From: Octopus sinensis
Lineage: Eukaryota
Direction: 5' to 3'
Assembly (NCBI RefSeq): GCF_006345805.1
Contig: NC_042998.1
Location: 52,018,001-52,082,000, forward strand
DNA: 64,000 nucleotides
The stretch's first letter is position 1. Every line of letters begins with the position of its first letter. Shown piece by piece: positions 36,190-48,309 of this stretch. The notes beneath the pieces were generated by a model. The model did not search any database. It was not told where the DNA came from and was given only the letters and a program-made list of their open reading frames with translations. The position numbers and the translations under genes are program-made.

Positions 36190-38168
36190 CTTATATGCGA
36201 CAGGCTTCTTTCAGCTTCTGGCTACCAAATCCACTCACAAGGCTTTGGTCAGCCCGAGGCTATAGTAGAAGACACTTGCCCAAGGTGCCTCCCAAAATTT
36301 TCCATATGTGACTCTTATGTGAATAGATGCACCACACTTGGGTGTATGCATGGACGATTGAACCAACACACCAACTCAACTACATATTCACAAACACCAG
36401 AAACTCTCTTAAGTCAAGAAATTTTGTTGCTTTGTTAGCAACCAGCTTGAACTCTTTCAAGAAGTCAAAGAAAAATAATACATACGATTGGCTTCTTTTA
36501 GTTTCTGTCTACTAAATCCACTCACAAGGCATTGGCTGGCCTGGGGCTATAGTGGAAGACACTTACCCAAGGTGTCATACAGTGGGACTAAACCCCAAAC
36601 CATGTGATCAGGAAGCAAACTTCTTATCACAGTCACACCTGTGCCTACTAGTCAGTAATTAACCTAGAAATCATAAAATATACATATTATTTATTTGAAT
36701 TTCACTTATCTGATGATTTATGATTTATCTAATATTCAATGATTTCAACCCTTATGCTGATAACACATAAAATACACATGACATTCAACTCATAATTGTG
36801 TAAGTGACCAGCATAGTGTTGATGAATTAACAAAAATAAAAAGGAGAATGATGGTTCCACAATTTTTGATGACACAATAGGTTCCATAACCTTGCTCAGT
36901 ATTGCTTCTTGAAATGTTTGTTCCACAAAACATCATTCTCATTTAATACCTGTTTTCTGTGCTGGCATAAGTTGGATAGCTTGACAGGAACTGGCAAGAC
37001 CAGGGGCTGCATCAGGTTCCACAGTCTGTTTTGGTTTTGTTTCTACAACTAGATGCCCTTCCTAATGCCAACTAATTCTCAGACTGTACTGGATGCTTTT
37101 TACATGGCACCATCACCAGTGCTTTTTATGTGGTACCATCACCTATGAATTTCATTTTCTTTTTCTTTTGAAATGTTACTTGATTGAAAGAGATAGTTGA
37201 AGACCAAGAAGGTTAAAAGACATGCAAGTTTGGGAATAAATAAAAGTTACAGCTATTATACAATGAAATTCTACCATGTATCATTGCTGATACTAATGCC
37301 AGTGTTATTACTGATGACGTAGACTCTAACATTCCACATTTTCTTAGCAAAACTGCTATGTAAAAAAAACCTAAACATTAATTCCTAAACTTTGAAGATA
37401 ACAATATAGTGATGTTGGGAAAAAAATTCAGTTGAAGTATACTTTGTCTGGTCATTATTATCTCTCCATTATAAGGTGGCAAGCTGGCAGAAATGTTAGC
37501 AAGCCGGGCGAAATGCTTAGCGGTATTTCATCAGCTGCTATGTATTGAGTTCAAATTCCGCCGAGGTCGACTTTGCTTTTCATCCTTTTGGGGTCGATTA
37601 AATAAATACCAGTTATGCACTGGGGTCAATATAATCGACTTATCCGTTTGTCTGTCCTTGTTTGTCCTCTCTGTGTTTAGCTCCTTGTGGGTAGTAAAGA
37701 AATAGGTATTTCATCTGCCGCTATGTTCTGTGTTCAAATTCCGCAGAGGTCGACTTTGCTTTTCATCCTTTCGGGGTCGATTAAATAAGTACCAGTTACG
37801 CACTGGGGTCCTTGTTTGTCCCCTCTGTGTGTAGCCCCTTGTGGGCAGAAAAGAAATAAGAAAGAGATAAGTTCAATGAAGTTTTATTTATTTACATGTT
37901 AGCATTTAGATTATTTTATCAAATGTAATGCTTATCTATTCACATTGTTTTAAATCAATCATGTACTATCTCATTGTTTCAAGATTTCAATGATGTGATT
38001 GTTTATTTTCAGAATAACATTGTATGGTAGCTGTAAGAGGCTGGATATGGCTGGTTTGAATATAAAACAGGTAGAATATATGGGCTGGCTATGGCTGGTT
38101 TAAATGCTAAAGGGTTAAAGAAATTACCACCAAAAACTGCATATATTTGGCATGTGACAAAAGAAAAT

Positions 38169-38392
38169 CAGTAAACCTTCAAGTCATCAAAAGGCCTTCA
38201 AGTGTGTCAATACAACTTCGAATATATCATTAAGCCTTCAAATATGTCAGTAAGTCTTCAGATATGTTAGTAATCCTTCAAATGTCAGTAAAACTTCAAC
38301 TCCACCAATAAATCTTAAAATATATCTGTAAACCTTCAAATGTGTTTGTAAGCTTTCAGATGAATTAGTAGGCCTTCAAATATATCTGTTAG
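38169..38392. repeat. Diverged 20-bp minisatellite, about 11 units (consensus roughly AAACCTTCAAATATGTCAGT)
   Basis: Anchor CTTC/CTTA/TTTC recurs at 38177, 196, 216, 236, 256, 276, 294, 314, 334, 354, 374. Confidence 0.8.
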
Positions 38393-38754
38393 ATGTGGAT
38401 GTCATTGAATCAAAACATTAAAATAATTAATCCCAACAAAATCTCTTTTTTCTTCCAGTATATAATCAAGTTGAAAAGTTAAATAGGTCCTGTATCACCA
38501 CCAATGCCTTTTATTTGACCTCTGAATCTTGCATTCCCCACTGACACACAGAATTAGAAATTTTTTCTAGTGTATATTGTATACTATTTTTTATAAATGT
38601 TAATGTAAAATGTTTCACTCTGAAATAGATCAAAGCTGAGAGTAAAAATAAATTAGAAAATATTGACAGCCACTTAAATTGAAATGAAAATAATGGCGAT
38701 TGCTGCTGCTGCTGTTGCTGCTGCTGATGCTGCTGTTGCTGATGATGATGATGC

Positions 38755-38802
<48 letters not shown>

Positions 38803-39154
38803 CAAGAATGTTGGGCATGATGTGAGCAATGTGGATATTGTATGGATGATGAAGATAGATAACAAGTAGTGGATATTATGATAAAAATAATGATGGTGAT
38901 GATATTTAAAGCTACTTATAGAAAGAAAGTGAAAAATGTAGACATAATCAGGGCTGTGGTTAAGAAGCTCACTTTGCAACTTCATAGTTTTAGGTTCAGT
39001 CCCCATTCATGGCAAATGTTTTCTAGTATAGTCTCGAGGTGACCAACGCCTTGTGAGTGTTTTTGGTAGATGGAAGCTGTGGAAGCCATTGTATACTTAC
39101 ATATGTATATATATGTATGTATACTATATTATATTATATATATATATATATACA

Positions 39155-39185
<31 letters not shown>

Positions 39186-39377
39186 TATATATAATATATA
39201 TATTATATTATATATATCTATATATATAATATATACACTATATAGATATATATATATATATATACAATATATATATATATATATATATATATCTATATAT
39301 ATATTACATATATCTATATATATATAATATATATATATATTATATATACCTATATATATATACATATATAATATATA

Positions 39378-39417
<40 letters not shown>

Positions 39418-39422
39418 TCTAG

Positions 39423-39454
<32 letters not shown>

Positions 39455-39457
<3 letters not shown>

Positions 39458-41055
39458 CTTTGATGGTTTCGGCCATTATTGGCCCAGGCCATGTCTAACT
39501 TAATAGCACCACCTGGTGAAGTCTTTCAAGTCAGAATTGGGCACTATGGCCCACTCAAGTAGAGAGTTATTGTTTACAGACATATCCGGGTGTAGGGGGT
39601 TTATCCGGATTTCTTGAAGGAATCTGTCCAAAGACTTCTTGAACCCTATAGGGTCAGTTTCTGTTTTAATGTGTTTTGGTGTAATGTTAAAGAGAGCGGG
39701 GCCAATTGAGGTGAAATAATTGTGCCGTATTGTTGTTATGAGATGAGAGTGCGATTTTTGTTTTGGGCGGATGGCACGGAGCCCAAGCCTTGGATGTACC
39801 TTAAAGGTGATGCCAACATCATTTGGGCAATGCTGATGGAATATTTTCCACATCATGCAGATGATGTAGCGCTCACGACGACGTTGGAGAGAATAGAGTT
39901 TTAGCTTTTCTAGTCGACCCCAATAGTCGAGGCCTGTCATGCCATCTATCTTTTTTGTGATTGCCCTTTGAGGTGCTTCAACTTTTATGATACCTTGTAT
40001 TGTTTGGGGAGACCACAGTGGACAACAGTATTCAAGGTGGGGTCGGGCAAAGGTGGAGAAGAGAAGGATAATGGTGTGGATATCTCTCGACTGGAAAGTT
40101 CTGAGAATCCAGGAACACATTCTGCGGGCCATGTCAACTTTGGTGTTTATATGAGTGGCCCAGCTTATGTTGTTGTCCACAATTACTCCCAGGTCTCTGA
40201 TGTTGTTGGACGCCGCGAGAGTTTCACCTGAAGAAGGGATATGGGAGTTTCAGGGCGTCCTCTTTTCCAAAGCTCAAATTTATCCTCGTTCAGCAGCATA
40301 TTGTTTTTTTCTGCCCATTGGATAACAGCAGTAGATCTGACTGAAGGCATGTCCGGTCACTCGCCTCATTTATGACCTTCTGTAGCTTGGAGTCATCTGC
40401 AAAGATTTTTATGTTGCTGTGCTTGATGATGTCATTAATGTCATTAATGTAAATGATGAAAAGAAGTGGGCCCAGCACAGTGCCTTGCGGAACGCCACTA
40501 CTGACTTTGGCTGGGCTTGATTTTACCCCTTCAACTACAACATGTTGAGATCTGTCTGTCAGGAAACACTTGATCCATTTCAGTAACTTTCTAGAGACAC
40601 CAATGTTGGATAGTTTTTTCAATAGGATCTTGTGATCGACCCTGTCGAAGGCCTACTGAAATCAAGGTAGATGACATCGGTGTTGGAGCCCTCTCCCAAA
40701 GCTCTCAAAATGTCCTCAAAGTGATGCAGGAGCTGCGTTAGGCAGTCCCTTCCATTACGGAACCCATGTTGGTTGGAGATCAGCCGTCTGTTGCTTTCCA
40801 GAAATTGGGTTATTCGAGATCTCACCACCCTCTCAAATACCTTGATGATATGAGAGGTGAGTGAGATCGGACGGTAATTCACTGCAAGGGACTTGTTTCC
40901 CTTTTTGAAAACTGGGACAACAGACTGGGACAGAAGGTTTTTTGGAATATAGCCAGCATCCAGTGAGTTTCTCCACAGATTAGCAAGGGGAGATGCAAGT
41001 TGGTGTCGACACACCTTCAGGACACAAGCAGGGAACCTATCGGGGCCTACTGCTG
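39455..41055 (-). mobile_element. CR1/L2-group LINE, 5'-truncated RT and C-terminus with 3' UTR
   Basis: [47 protein letters not shown]; only a few frameshifts. Confidence 0.93.
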
Positions 41056-41113
41056 AATTGTGTTTTATTTTGTTTATCGCCGCTAAGACATCAGGGGCAC
41101 TAAACGTTATGTC

Positions 41114-41274
<161 letters not shown>

Positions 41275-41299
41275 GTACGTATCTATGTATCTATGTATC

Positions 41300-41334
<35 letters not shown>

Positions 41335-41868
41335 GTCCAACCCATGCTAGCATGGAAAGCGGACGCTAAATGATGATGATGATGATGATATATATATATG
41401 TATGTATGTATATATCGTAGAAATATTAATATTTCTAAGTCTCTCTAAAGGAGACTACGGCAGCGGTACTGGATATTAATAGTTATCGCCAAGATAATAT
41501 GGCAGTCCAGAAATATAGGAAGAATGCTGACCAGCATGGGGAAGCGGCTGACCTCCTCTGTTCGAAAGTTATAATGGACACAGGTTCATGTGTCACATAG
41601 CTAACTGGTGGCGATGGCTTCTTGGAGCTAATCAATGGCAGCATGAGTGCTTTTTATGTGCCACCGGCATGGGTGCCAATCAGGATTACTATCATCGGCC
41701 ATGGCAATGACTTCACTTGACTCAACAGGTCTTCGCAAGCACAGTTTATTGTTTAATGATTGAAGGGTACTCTTAAATGGGCCAGTTATGCTGCATTGGC
41801 ATAGGCCATGGTTATGGTCTCACTTGGCTTGCCAGGTTTTCTCAAGCATAGCTATATTTATATATATA

Positions 41869-42275
41869 TATAAATTAAATTAGAGATAAAACCACTATTA
41901 GGCAACTCAAACAGTGATAGACAGAAAACAAAACATAAAAAGCAAAAGATAAATATAATTAATATAATATACAAAATATATATATAAAATATAAAATTTA
42001 AAATTTAAATTATTAAAATTTGAAATATTAAAATTTATATCTATAAATTTTTATATTTTTATATTTTAAATTTTAAATTTATAAATTTTAAACTTTTAAT
42101 TTTTCTGTTTAAATTTTAATATTTCAAATTTTAATAATTTAAATTTTAAATTTTATATTTATATATATTTTGTATATTATATTAAATATATTTATTTTTT
42201 GTTTTTTATGTTTTGGTTTATGTCTATCACTGTTTGAGTTGCCTGATAGTGGTTTTATCTGTAATTTAATTTATA
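41869..42275. repeat. Long AT-rich fold-back with about 165-bp arms
   Basis: GATAAAACCACTATTAGGCAACTCAAACAGTGATAGAC versus GTCTATCACTGTTTGAGTTGCCTGATAGTGGTTTTATC. Confidence 0.9.
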
Positions 42276-42343
42276 TTTATACTGTGAAATTCAATTTAAT
42301 CCTAAATCTAATTTTTCCCTGTAAGTTTGGATATACTCCTTAA

Positions 42344-42377
<34 letters not shown>

Positions 42378-42379
42378 TA

Positions 42380-42880
42380 TGAAAGTTTCTTGTCGAAGAT
42401 ACGTCTCGCTTTTATCCTTCGAAATGTAGAGTAGATGAAACCTTTAGCGACTGAAGAAGGGGTTTTTTCTTTGTGTTAATTGTCCTGTACTCTATTTTTT
42501 TGCTGTTTTTAAAAAAATGTCCAGTTCCTTTGGTTTGTGCCTATGTTTTTGTTTTTCGTTTCTCATTGTGTTCGACGTCCTTTTGGTGTCCTGTACTCAT
42601 ATATGCGTGTATATGTACATGTAGAGGTAGGTACGTACATATATGTTTATATATATGCATATCTTTTATTTTATTTATTAGTTGATTCGTTAGCTACTGC
42701 ACGCATTTTTTTTCTCTCCTTCTTTCTGTGTTTTTCTCTCTGTGTGTATCTTTCTGTTGAAGAGCGTAGGCTCGAAACGTTAAAGACTTGTTTTATTTAT
42801 ATTTCCTGAGCGCCATACTAATACAATTGTTCATTTGTTTTCCACCTGCCTTCGTCTTTTGTTTATTTTCATAAAGCTTC
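42380..42880 (+). mobile_element. Penelope-type terminal repeat remnant; relatives at 54880-55050, 55600-55800, 57740-57950 (all minus)
   Basis: Shared 3' block CTGAGYGYYATACTAATAC...CCACCTGYCTTCGTCTTTTG and HHR-like motif. Confidence 0.55.
42749..42786 (+). ncRNA. Ultra-minimal hammerhead variant
   Basis: TCTTT-CTGTTGA-A-GAGC(GTAG)GCTC-GAAA-C-GTT-AAAGA. Confidence 0.5.
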
Positions 42881-42883
42881 CCG

Positions 42884-42926
<43 letters not shown>

Positions 42927-43493
42927 CATATATGTATGTATATGTAAATACATGGTATGGGGGTTCAGTTCTCAGGTGATCTAAATGATTAGGTACACTA
43001 GATAAGTGCTGTGATAGATTACTAGGGCTTCAAGGTTTTTGCTGAGATGGTGGTTATGGAGCCATAGCAGATTTCCGATATAGCAGATATATAATTGTTA
43101 AAGAGGACAACAAATTTTAAGGCAAAGCAACATCTCAAGTCATATACATTATTATTATTGGAAAAAATTCAAGGTCTTACAGCTGTTTCTAGGATATCCC
43201 AGAGTATGGTAGTATGGAATATCCCTTATAGCCACACGGAGACTCATCAACACTCATCCAACAGCATTTGGCAATCTCTTTCTTCATTGCCTCCATCAAC
43301 TTCTTAATGTCGTCAACATCATCTCTGTACGACACAGCAACAAGCAACACTTGCACAAGTTCTACCACAACACTGTTTGTGAATTACTTTACCATGGTTA
43401 CGTTGGAGTCACCATTTCATAATGGAGGCAAAGTTAACGATATCGGATGAATAGCGCCTTCTCCCATTAAAATTGTTCTTTGTGTTGTTTTAG

Positions 43494-43821
43494 GTTCCAG
43501 CAGGTGAGGAAAGAAGTTTCAAGTGGAAATGCAATTCACAACCAGTTTTATTTACATAGTTACGCAGAATAAATGATGTGTGTCTCTCTCAGTATACTAT
43601 CTCAAGCTGTGTACGTTTCATTGCATCTCTGTTAACACGGGCCTATTACCTCTGGAGATACAATGTGCAGACAGGACTAGCCTGGAGACCCAGCCAGTGA
43701 ATGTGTGTTCAGCAAGCACTTGCGGTGGAAAAGGAAGAGAGAGAATTTGTTTGTTGGGCCCTTATATCCAGTTTGCCATTGCGAGCCTCGTTGTGATCTT
43801 GCACATGGCAAATGGATGCAG
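43494..43821 (+). CDS. Candidate 10-nt micro-exon (43494-43503) plus 227-nt exon (43595-43821), product unknown, Cys-rich
   Basis: Two CAG|GTGAG donors (43504, 43822), acceptors TTTTAG and CTCTCTCAG; one frame stays open across both. Confidence 0.3.
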
Positions 43822-43869
43822 GTGAGATCTCATCCAATATGGCGCTGATTGCTTCTGCTGTTACATATG

Positions 43870-44335
43870 TATGATGTAACATCATCATCATTTAACAGCC
43901 GTTTTCCATGCTGGCATGAGTTGGTATAGTTTAACAGGAGCTAGCTAGCTGAAGAGCTGCCCTGGTTCCATATCTGTTTTGGCATGGTTTTTACAGCTGG
44001 ATGCCCTTCCAAACACCAATCACTTTACAGAGTGTACTGGATGCATTTATGTGGCTCTGGTATGAGTACTTTTTTACGTAGCACCAGGACTCATGAGCCC
44101 ACAAGATTAGGAATGCTCAGCTGGAAGGGGATACAGGGGACATGTCTGTATACAAGGACAGCCCCAATTTATGTAGGTTGACATGTCTTCTCAAGCACAG
44201 CGAACTGCCTTGTGTCTCAATCCCCTGTCATCCCCTCAGTGAGTCCCACCATCTGTAGAACCTTTCTCACCACTTTGTCCCACATCTTTCTGTGTCTACC
44301 CCTTCCACATATTCCCTCTACAATTAGAGATCAGC
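43870..44335 (-). mobile_element. Older RTE C-terminus and 3' UTR
   Basis: VEGICGRGRHRKMWDKVVRK...GLTEGMT. Confidence 0.75.
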
Positions 44336-45174
44336 ACATACATGTATATATGTGTATGTGTGTACACACATACACATACAAGTCAGTGGAGAAAAGAAAG
44401 AGGCACTCAGCATATTCAATACGGGTTAAATATATTATTACTTAAAATGAGGTCGACTTTGCCTTTCACCCTCTCAGGGTCGATAAATAAAGTACCAGTT
44501 TTGCACTGGGTCGATGTAATCGACTTAATCCCTTTGTCTGTCCTTGTTTGTCCCCTCTATGTTTAGCCCCTTGTGGGTAGTAAAGAAATATATATTATTA
44601 CTTAAAGCAGTTTGATTCAGCCCCATGAACCTTAAAGTACTTTCTAGTGAGAATGGGGAAGAGAATTCAGGTGCAAGAAGAACAGCTGGACAGCTCGATC
44701 TGATATAAATCAACATTCACATGCACGCGTTCATTCACCGAGAGTACAAAAATGACCATTCAGCTGATGTTCTAGCAGGTTGAACGACCTCTGATACAGT
44801 CTCTCAAGATATTCATTTAAAGTGTCTGCATCATCATGCCTACAGGAACAATTAATGTTGACATTCACCGTAAAACAAAAGATTGTTGTTTTAACCGGTT
44901 TGTGAACCTAAAATTCGCCAAGAACGACTCAGCTTCTGCAAGCACTGGAAACCATATTTGTTTAGAAGAAAAGTCTGGCAGTAATGGTATAAGAGATGGG
45001 ATAGATTTCAAGTTTGTAAACCAGTTGAAAGTGATACAGGTGTTTCTTAGTTTTGATTGCCAACATGTATTGTTCTTAGCAAATGTAAGGCACAGTTGTG
45101 TGGTTAAGCAGTTTGCTTCCTGGCTATGTGCTTTCAGTTTTATTGTGCGATACCTCCAATGGTATTCACATTTG

Positions 45175-45485
45175 TGGAGGTGCAATGGCCCAGTGGTTAG
45201 AGCAGCGGACTTGCAGTTGGAGGATCACCGTTTCGATTCCCAGACCAGGCGTTGTGTGTGTTTATTGAGCGAAAACACCTAAAGCTCCACAAGACTCTGG
45301 CAGGGGGTGGTGGCGACCCCTGTTGTACTCTTTCACCCCAACTTTCTCTCACTCTCTCTTCCTGTTTCTTGAGTAATGCTGCAATGGACTGGTGTCCCGT
45401 CCAGCTGGGGGGAACACATACACCACAGAAACTGGGAAACAGGGCCCATGAGCCTGGCTAGGCTTGAAAAGGGCACATAAATAAA
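45175..45485 (+). mobile_element. SINE family C variant with a different central domain
   Basis: A box TGGCCCAGTGG, B box CGTTTCGATTCC; 3' block matches 27590-27690. Confidence 0.75.
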
Positions 45486-46309
45486 AACCTTCAGTGGCAG
45501 TTTTCTACACTGGCTTCAAACCAACTGAAGTTTTTTGGGGTAGAATTTAGTATACAGAAGGGTTGTTGTTGTTCTTTGATTGTGGACATAATAAACTGTG
45601 ATGGTGAGGACCTGTTGAGTCAAATGAAGTCATTGTCGTGGCCAATGATAGCAATGCCTGATTGGCACCCATGCCAGTGGCACATAAAAAGCACCATTCG
45701 AGCGTGGTCGTTGCCAGTGCTGCCTGACTAGCTCATGTGCTGGTGGCACATAAAAAGCACCATTCAACCATGGTTGATGCCAGTACTGCCTGACTGGCCC
45801 TCGTGCTGGTGGCACATAAAAATAACAACAATATTAATAATGGTTTCAAATTTTGGCATAAGGTCTGCGAATGTAGGGTGGGGGGTAAGTCAATTACATT
45901 ATCCTCAGTGCTCAATTGGTACTTATTTTATCGACCCTGAAAGGATGAAAAGCAAAGTCAACCTTGATGGAGTTTGAACTCAGAATGTAAAGATGGACGA
46001 AATGCCAGTGAGCATTTTGGCCACTTTGCAAATGACTATGCCAGTCTACTACCTTAATAATAATAAAGAAAATTTTTTAAAAAATTGTTTTTCATGATCG
46101 TCTGAATTCCTATGTGTAGAACACCAATTTGCAAAAATTATCTGAAAATTCCAAAAAAATATAAAAGTTTGGGGGGTTATATGGGATGCTTAAATCAGAA
46201 TTCCACCTGTAGGTAACCATTCCTGGGTTTCTGTCATCTGAGTGATGTTAGCTGTAAGGAAAGAACACACATTAAAAATAGAAAGAGAAACAAAAGCAAT
46301 TTTAATGAT

Positions 46310-46625
46310 GATGATGGTGAGGCAGGGTGGTGGGGGTTTCGAAGTGGTAGTGGTAGTGTTGGCGATGATGATGATGATGAGGGTGGCACTAGTGGTGGTG
46401 GTGATGATGGCGATCATGGTGGTGGTGGTGGTGGTGGTGAGGATGACAAGGAGAAAGCAGATGATGAGAATGGGGTCATCAACACTGATGAGGATTCTGA
46501 TCAGGACAATGATGATGATGGTGATGATCAAGATAATGATGGCAACGACAAGGTTGATGATGATGACAATAACAATAACAAGAAAGAATGATGATGATGA
46601 TGATGATGACGATGATGATGATGAC

Positions 46626-46711
<86 letters not shown>

Positions 46712-46713
46712 CA

Positions 46714-46749
<36 letters not shown>

Positions 46750-46750
46750 G
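46310..46750. repeat. (GAT)n/(GGT)n tracts; similar at 38700-38800 and 56455-56710
   Basis: Read directly. Confidence 0.95.
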
Positions 46751-48090
46751 CATTCCACCTTGCTAGCCATAGGTGCTTGACTCCTTTAAAAAAAAAAATG
46801 AGAAAAAGAATAAACAAAACCAAGCAAAAAAGAAAAAAAAACGGAAAGGAAAAACAACATGAAAAAGAAAATTTAATCTTGTCAGTCTGTTCTAACCCGA
46901 AGCTAAACAGATATTTAAAATAGAGCAAAAGAAGGGGGGAAAAAAATGAATGAATTCTTAAGAATATAAAATAAAAATAAAAAACTGATTCTGACTATAA
47001 ATAGTGATAGATGTATAAATATTTTGTCTGACTTGCGATAAAAATAAAATATTATGTAAATATGTTAAGTTACTCTCATTAGGTGTTCGGCAACTTTAGA
47101 CAATTTAATACAAGAGAGGTCAAGTGATGTTGAAATATCTGTTAGAATTCAGCTAAAAATATTCCTCTGCTTTTGTTAAGAGATTATTTATGGGATAAAC
47201 TTTGAGCTTTTTCTTTCTTCATTTATTCGCAGTAGATATTACTGTAAATTGTTTGAAGCATTTTAGATAAAGAGGAAAAGATCAGCTTGATACAGAATAT
47301 ATTTGCACATGTAAACACACATGTACATATACACATAAATGTGTGCACAAATATACACACACATCTCGGCCCAAACATACACATTCTGTCAAGCCAGCCA
47401 GAGAGCCTTTTGGTGGTCCCTTGATGGGCTAGAAACAACACTAAAATCACACCTCACCATTTTAAATAAATAAAGGGTACATAAAATCTTTTATTTTTTA
47501 CTTGTTTCAGTCATTAGACTGTGGCCATGCTGGGGCATCACTTTGAAGTATCTTTAGTCGAATGAATTGACCTTAGTTCTTATTTTTTTGTTAAGCTAGG
47601 TACTCATTCTATTAGTCCCTTTTGCCAAATTGCTAAGTTACAGAAACGTAAACACACGAACACTGGTTATCAAGTGGTGGTGGAGGATAAACACAGACAC
47701 GAACACACACACACAAACAACAGGTTTCTGTCAGTTTCTGTCTACCAAATCCACTCACAAGGCTTTGGTTGGCTTGAGGCTATAGTAGGAGACACTTGCC
47801 CAAGGTGCCATACAATGGGACTGAACCCAGAACTATGTAGTAGAGAAGCAAGCTTCTTACCACACAGTCACACCTGTGCCTATAATGTTCTTTCTAATAA
47901 ACAAAACGATGATTTGGTCATCGTTAGACTGTGTTTGATCATAGGTCTGCTCAAGGTGTGACTCAGGGCTAAAAACAACAGCAGTTTATACAGTTTATAC
48001 AGTATCACCCAGTTTGTAAGCATTACCAACAATTTCACCATTCTCCTAATGGTATGGTCATATCACCATCACTGTCAAAACTGGTATGTA

Positions 48091-48309
48091 CAAGAGGGTG
48101 CTGAAAAGTTCCTGGCTTTTGGTAAAAGAAAATACAGGAGGATCAATTAATTATGATTTTTATCAAACATATTCTCCTCTCAGATTCACACACTTATTGC
48201 AGTGGTCCTTCAGTTTTTCTAAGCCCTATGAAAGAACTTGGAAGGAAGTTTGAGCCTCCGACAAGCCTTTCATGACCCTTAAAGCCAAGACCGTTTCAGC
48301 TCCCCCTTG
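48091..48309. mobile_element. Mariner-type MITE
   Basis: TA|CAAGAGGGTGCTGAAAAGTTCCTGGCTTT...AAAGCCAAGACCGTTTCAGCTCCCCCTTG|TA. Confidence 0.8.

Noticed and set aside
37262-37321. Signal-peptide-like MKFYHVSLLILMPVLLLMT
   Set aside because: Immediate stop codon and no credible donor site
38169-38392. CRISPR-like periodicity
   Set aside because: Contiguous tandem units without unique spacers, in a eukaryotic context with no cas genes
44836-45282. 148-aa ORF
   Set aside because: Its 3' half runs through SINE sequence and no domain is recognisable
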